Source: Balanoglossus misakiensis
Taxonomy: Eukaryota > Animalia > Hemichordata
Assembly: GCA_040954595.2 (NCBI GenBank)
Contig: CM082598.2
Location: forward strand, 8,819,097-8,883,096
Direction of reading: 5' to 3'
Length of the DNA: 64,000 nucleotides
Part shown: one piece after another, positions 61,928-64,000 of the stretch
Layout of the letters: every line of letters begins with the position of its first letter
Position numbering within the stretch: position 1 is the first letter of the stretch
Notes under the pieces: generated by a model
The model's input: only the letters and a program-made list of their open reading frames with translations
Told to the model about the DNA's origin: nothing
The model's database searches: none
Position numbers and translations under genes: made by a program

Positions 61928-62629
61928 TCAAAAAGGCTAAACGAGGTACCGCGATCAAACTGAGCATTTGCCCGCTTTACAGCTTCACTTCCTGTTGACC
62001 CGATACTGCGTGACAATACGATTGGTCAATGAGTTTATGACGTATATTAACTGTCAATCATTTTACAGGTGAATTTTCCCACAGTGCCCGTGTGGGGGCG
62101 AAATAAGGTATAACAGTCCCTTGGGCCACGCCCTCGGGCCTTACGGCCATCGCACCACAAAACGCCGAATCGGGCCTTAGGCCCTCAAAAGATACGGGCC
62201 TTACGGCCCTCGCACGAAACGCCGAATCGATACACATTAGGCGCTAGGGACTGTCGACAGTCTACTTCGAGCCCTGAGAAGTCACTTAGTGACTTACTTT
62301 GTACCAGTAATCTTCAAGTACAGACAACCAATAATACCAGCCTCCCTTAGTTTTCTTGAGCTCAGCAAGACTAAAAGTAGACTGTAAATGATGGTCTGTG
62401 GATTAAACCCTTTCTAAATTGACCTTTGAATATTTTTCATTTCAGTACGGAGTGTGAGATTTAGGGTTTTGAGTATTTACTGCAATTTCTTGTCTCATTT
62501 TAAGTATTTGGCATGTATTAACAACTAATACACGACAGGAAGCCAAGTTTAGGGAGGGGCTTATCTACCTTGTGTGTACATTATACCACAACAAATTATA
62601 ATGAAATCAAAGCAAAATTTGAATTGTTA

Positions 62630-62935
62630 TTGGGTCCCATTGGTATGTACCATGGGACCATATGGGATAGGTTGCGTCTGTATGTATGTATGTATGTATG
62701 TATGGATGGATGGATGGATGTCTGTATGTCCGTCCACATCAAAAACTTGAAAACCGCTGTGTGTATCACCTTGATATTTGGTGTGCTGATGCAGGCTGGG
62801 CTGTAGATGGAAGTTTGTTCAAATGAGGTTGTCATTGCCAAGAATATGCAAATAAGCTGGAAAATGTGAATTTGGTCAAAACTCAGTAACTCAAGAACTA
62901 CTGGTCAGATTGCTGTGCAAAGTGGTGTGTATTTA
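62630..62935 (-). mobile_element. DINE/HINE-like element 3' end, reverse orientation
   Basis: Hairpin GGTCCCAT...ATGGGACC, (TATG/GATG)n, then the reverse complement of the family block. Confidence 0.7.
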
Positions 62936-64000
62936 CTTTATTGAGTTGTTTTAATTAGACAGGAACTTTCTCCTGTGATTCATATAAACACAGCAAATTC
63001 CTGAATGATTACATAACTGGCTAAGTTTTAAAGAGGCCAGCTGTTCTATTTAGTGTATGCACAGTACATATGCCATTGGCAGCTTATGGGTCAGTCAGTG
63101 TTTGCCCATTGATCTCTCACTATGTGTGTGTGTGTGTGTGTCTGTCTGTCTGTATATGGCCATGATCTCCGGTGTAGACTTTTTCTTGTGTAATCACTCA
63201 ATGGGACCACCGTGTCCTTGACGCGATTTTTTAAGGACATTTTGTCTTATACCACACACAATTTCATCTCAAGAAAAGATAACAAACCTGTAAATAGTTC
63301 TTTGCAAATAAGAGGACCCCCTTCCCCTAATGAGTCAGCCAATTTCTACATGTTGACATAACAAGAGACCAGCTGTTCTATTCGGTGTATGTACAGTACA
63401 GGTTCCGTTTTGTTGGAGTCATATCTGTAACGTTGCTACACTGTTGAAAACGTTACAGTGAGAACAAGGCATATTTGGTCTATGTTCAGTAACACATGCC
63501 AATGACAGCTTCTGGGTCAATCAGTATTTGTCTGTTGATCTGTCTCTACGTACCGGTATGTTTTCTCAAGGCATTGCAGGAGAAAAATTCCTCTGCACAA
63601 ATTCTGCCAACATTTCCCTCCCCCCCCCCCACAAAAAAAAAAATTCTCCACCTCCAGAAATCATGTGGTTCTAGTGATGTTTATTGAAAAACTCGAACAC
63701 TGAAGTTTACTCGGAAAGTACAGACCATAATTAGTCTGGTCCCCTGCCCCAATCCCACTGCTGGCTGCGCTACGCTAAAGGGAAAGGGGTCAGGTACGGC
63801 CAGATTGCATGCCCACAAACCTGGGAAGACCACGTGATCATAAACAATATGGATGCCTCCAATGTCTGTACGCCAGTCAAGATTCATCCAGGCAGTTTAT
63901 TTTGTTTCGTTTGTCACCATTGCATAGACAATATCACATCTCCCTTCTTTGAACTGGAAACAATAAATATTCAATGTGTAGTGTAGATGGCAAAGTAAAT

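Larger units (their letters stand above)
57862..62264. mobile_element. AcademH DNA transposon, internally deleted, with nested insertions
   Basis: TIRs TAGACTGTCGACAGTCCCT...GGGACTGTTATACCTT (57862-57982) and its inverse (62105-62264). 9-bp TSD CTTCTAGCC / CTTCGAGCC. RecQ-like helicase fragment inside. Confidence 0.85.

Noticed and set aside
63732-63810. Short repeat shared with about 35262-35310 (CTGGCTGCGCTACGCTAAA) with a TAG start
   Set aside because: The inverted ends are poor and no TSD was found, so it was not called as an element.

Overview
AT-rich eukaryotic (probably marine invertebrate) genomic DNA made almost entirely of repeats. No host gene could be confidently identified. 1-5250 is a 44-bp satellite with a 2108-bp higher-order repeat, abutting a 21-bp minisatellite (about 5290-6660). 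The rest is a nest of transposons: remnants of an RTE LINE, a Ty3/Gypsy LTR element, a hAT element and another LINE; a SINE; many MITEs (TA, TAA, TTAA and 9-bp TSD classes); and Helentron/DINE-like microsatellite-hairpin elements. There are two main discoveries. (1) A 16.8-kb DNA transposon (35498-52303) with about 530-bp near-identical TIRs and an 8-bp TSD. It carries a spliced, frameshifted gene of about 1380 codons that fuses a PHD finger, a CDK-site-rich 31-aa repeat, a NOF/Rehavkus-type Mutator DDE transposase and a USP-like papain-fold protease. (2) An internally deleted AcademH transposon (57862-62264, 9-bp TSD, RecQ helicase fragment) with several small 9-bp-TSD fold-back elements that may be its passengers. 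In addition, three sequence-unrelated elements share one unusual design: a 150-190-bp terminal hairpin plus an asymmetric inverted repeat. All calls are by eye; no database searches were run.
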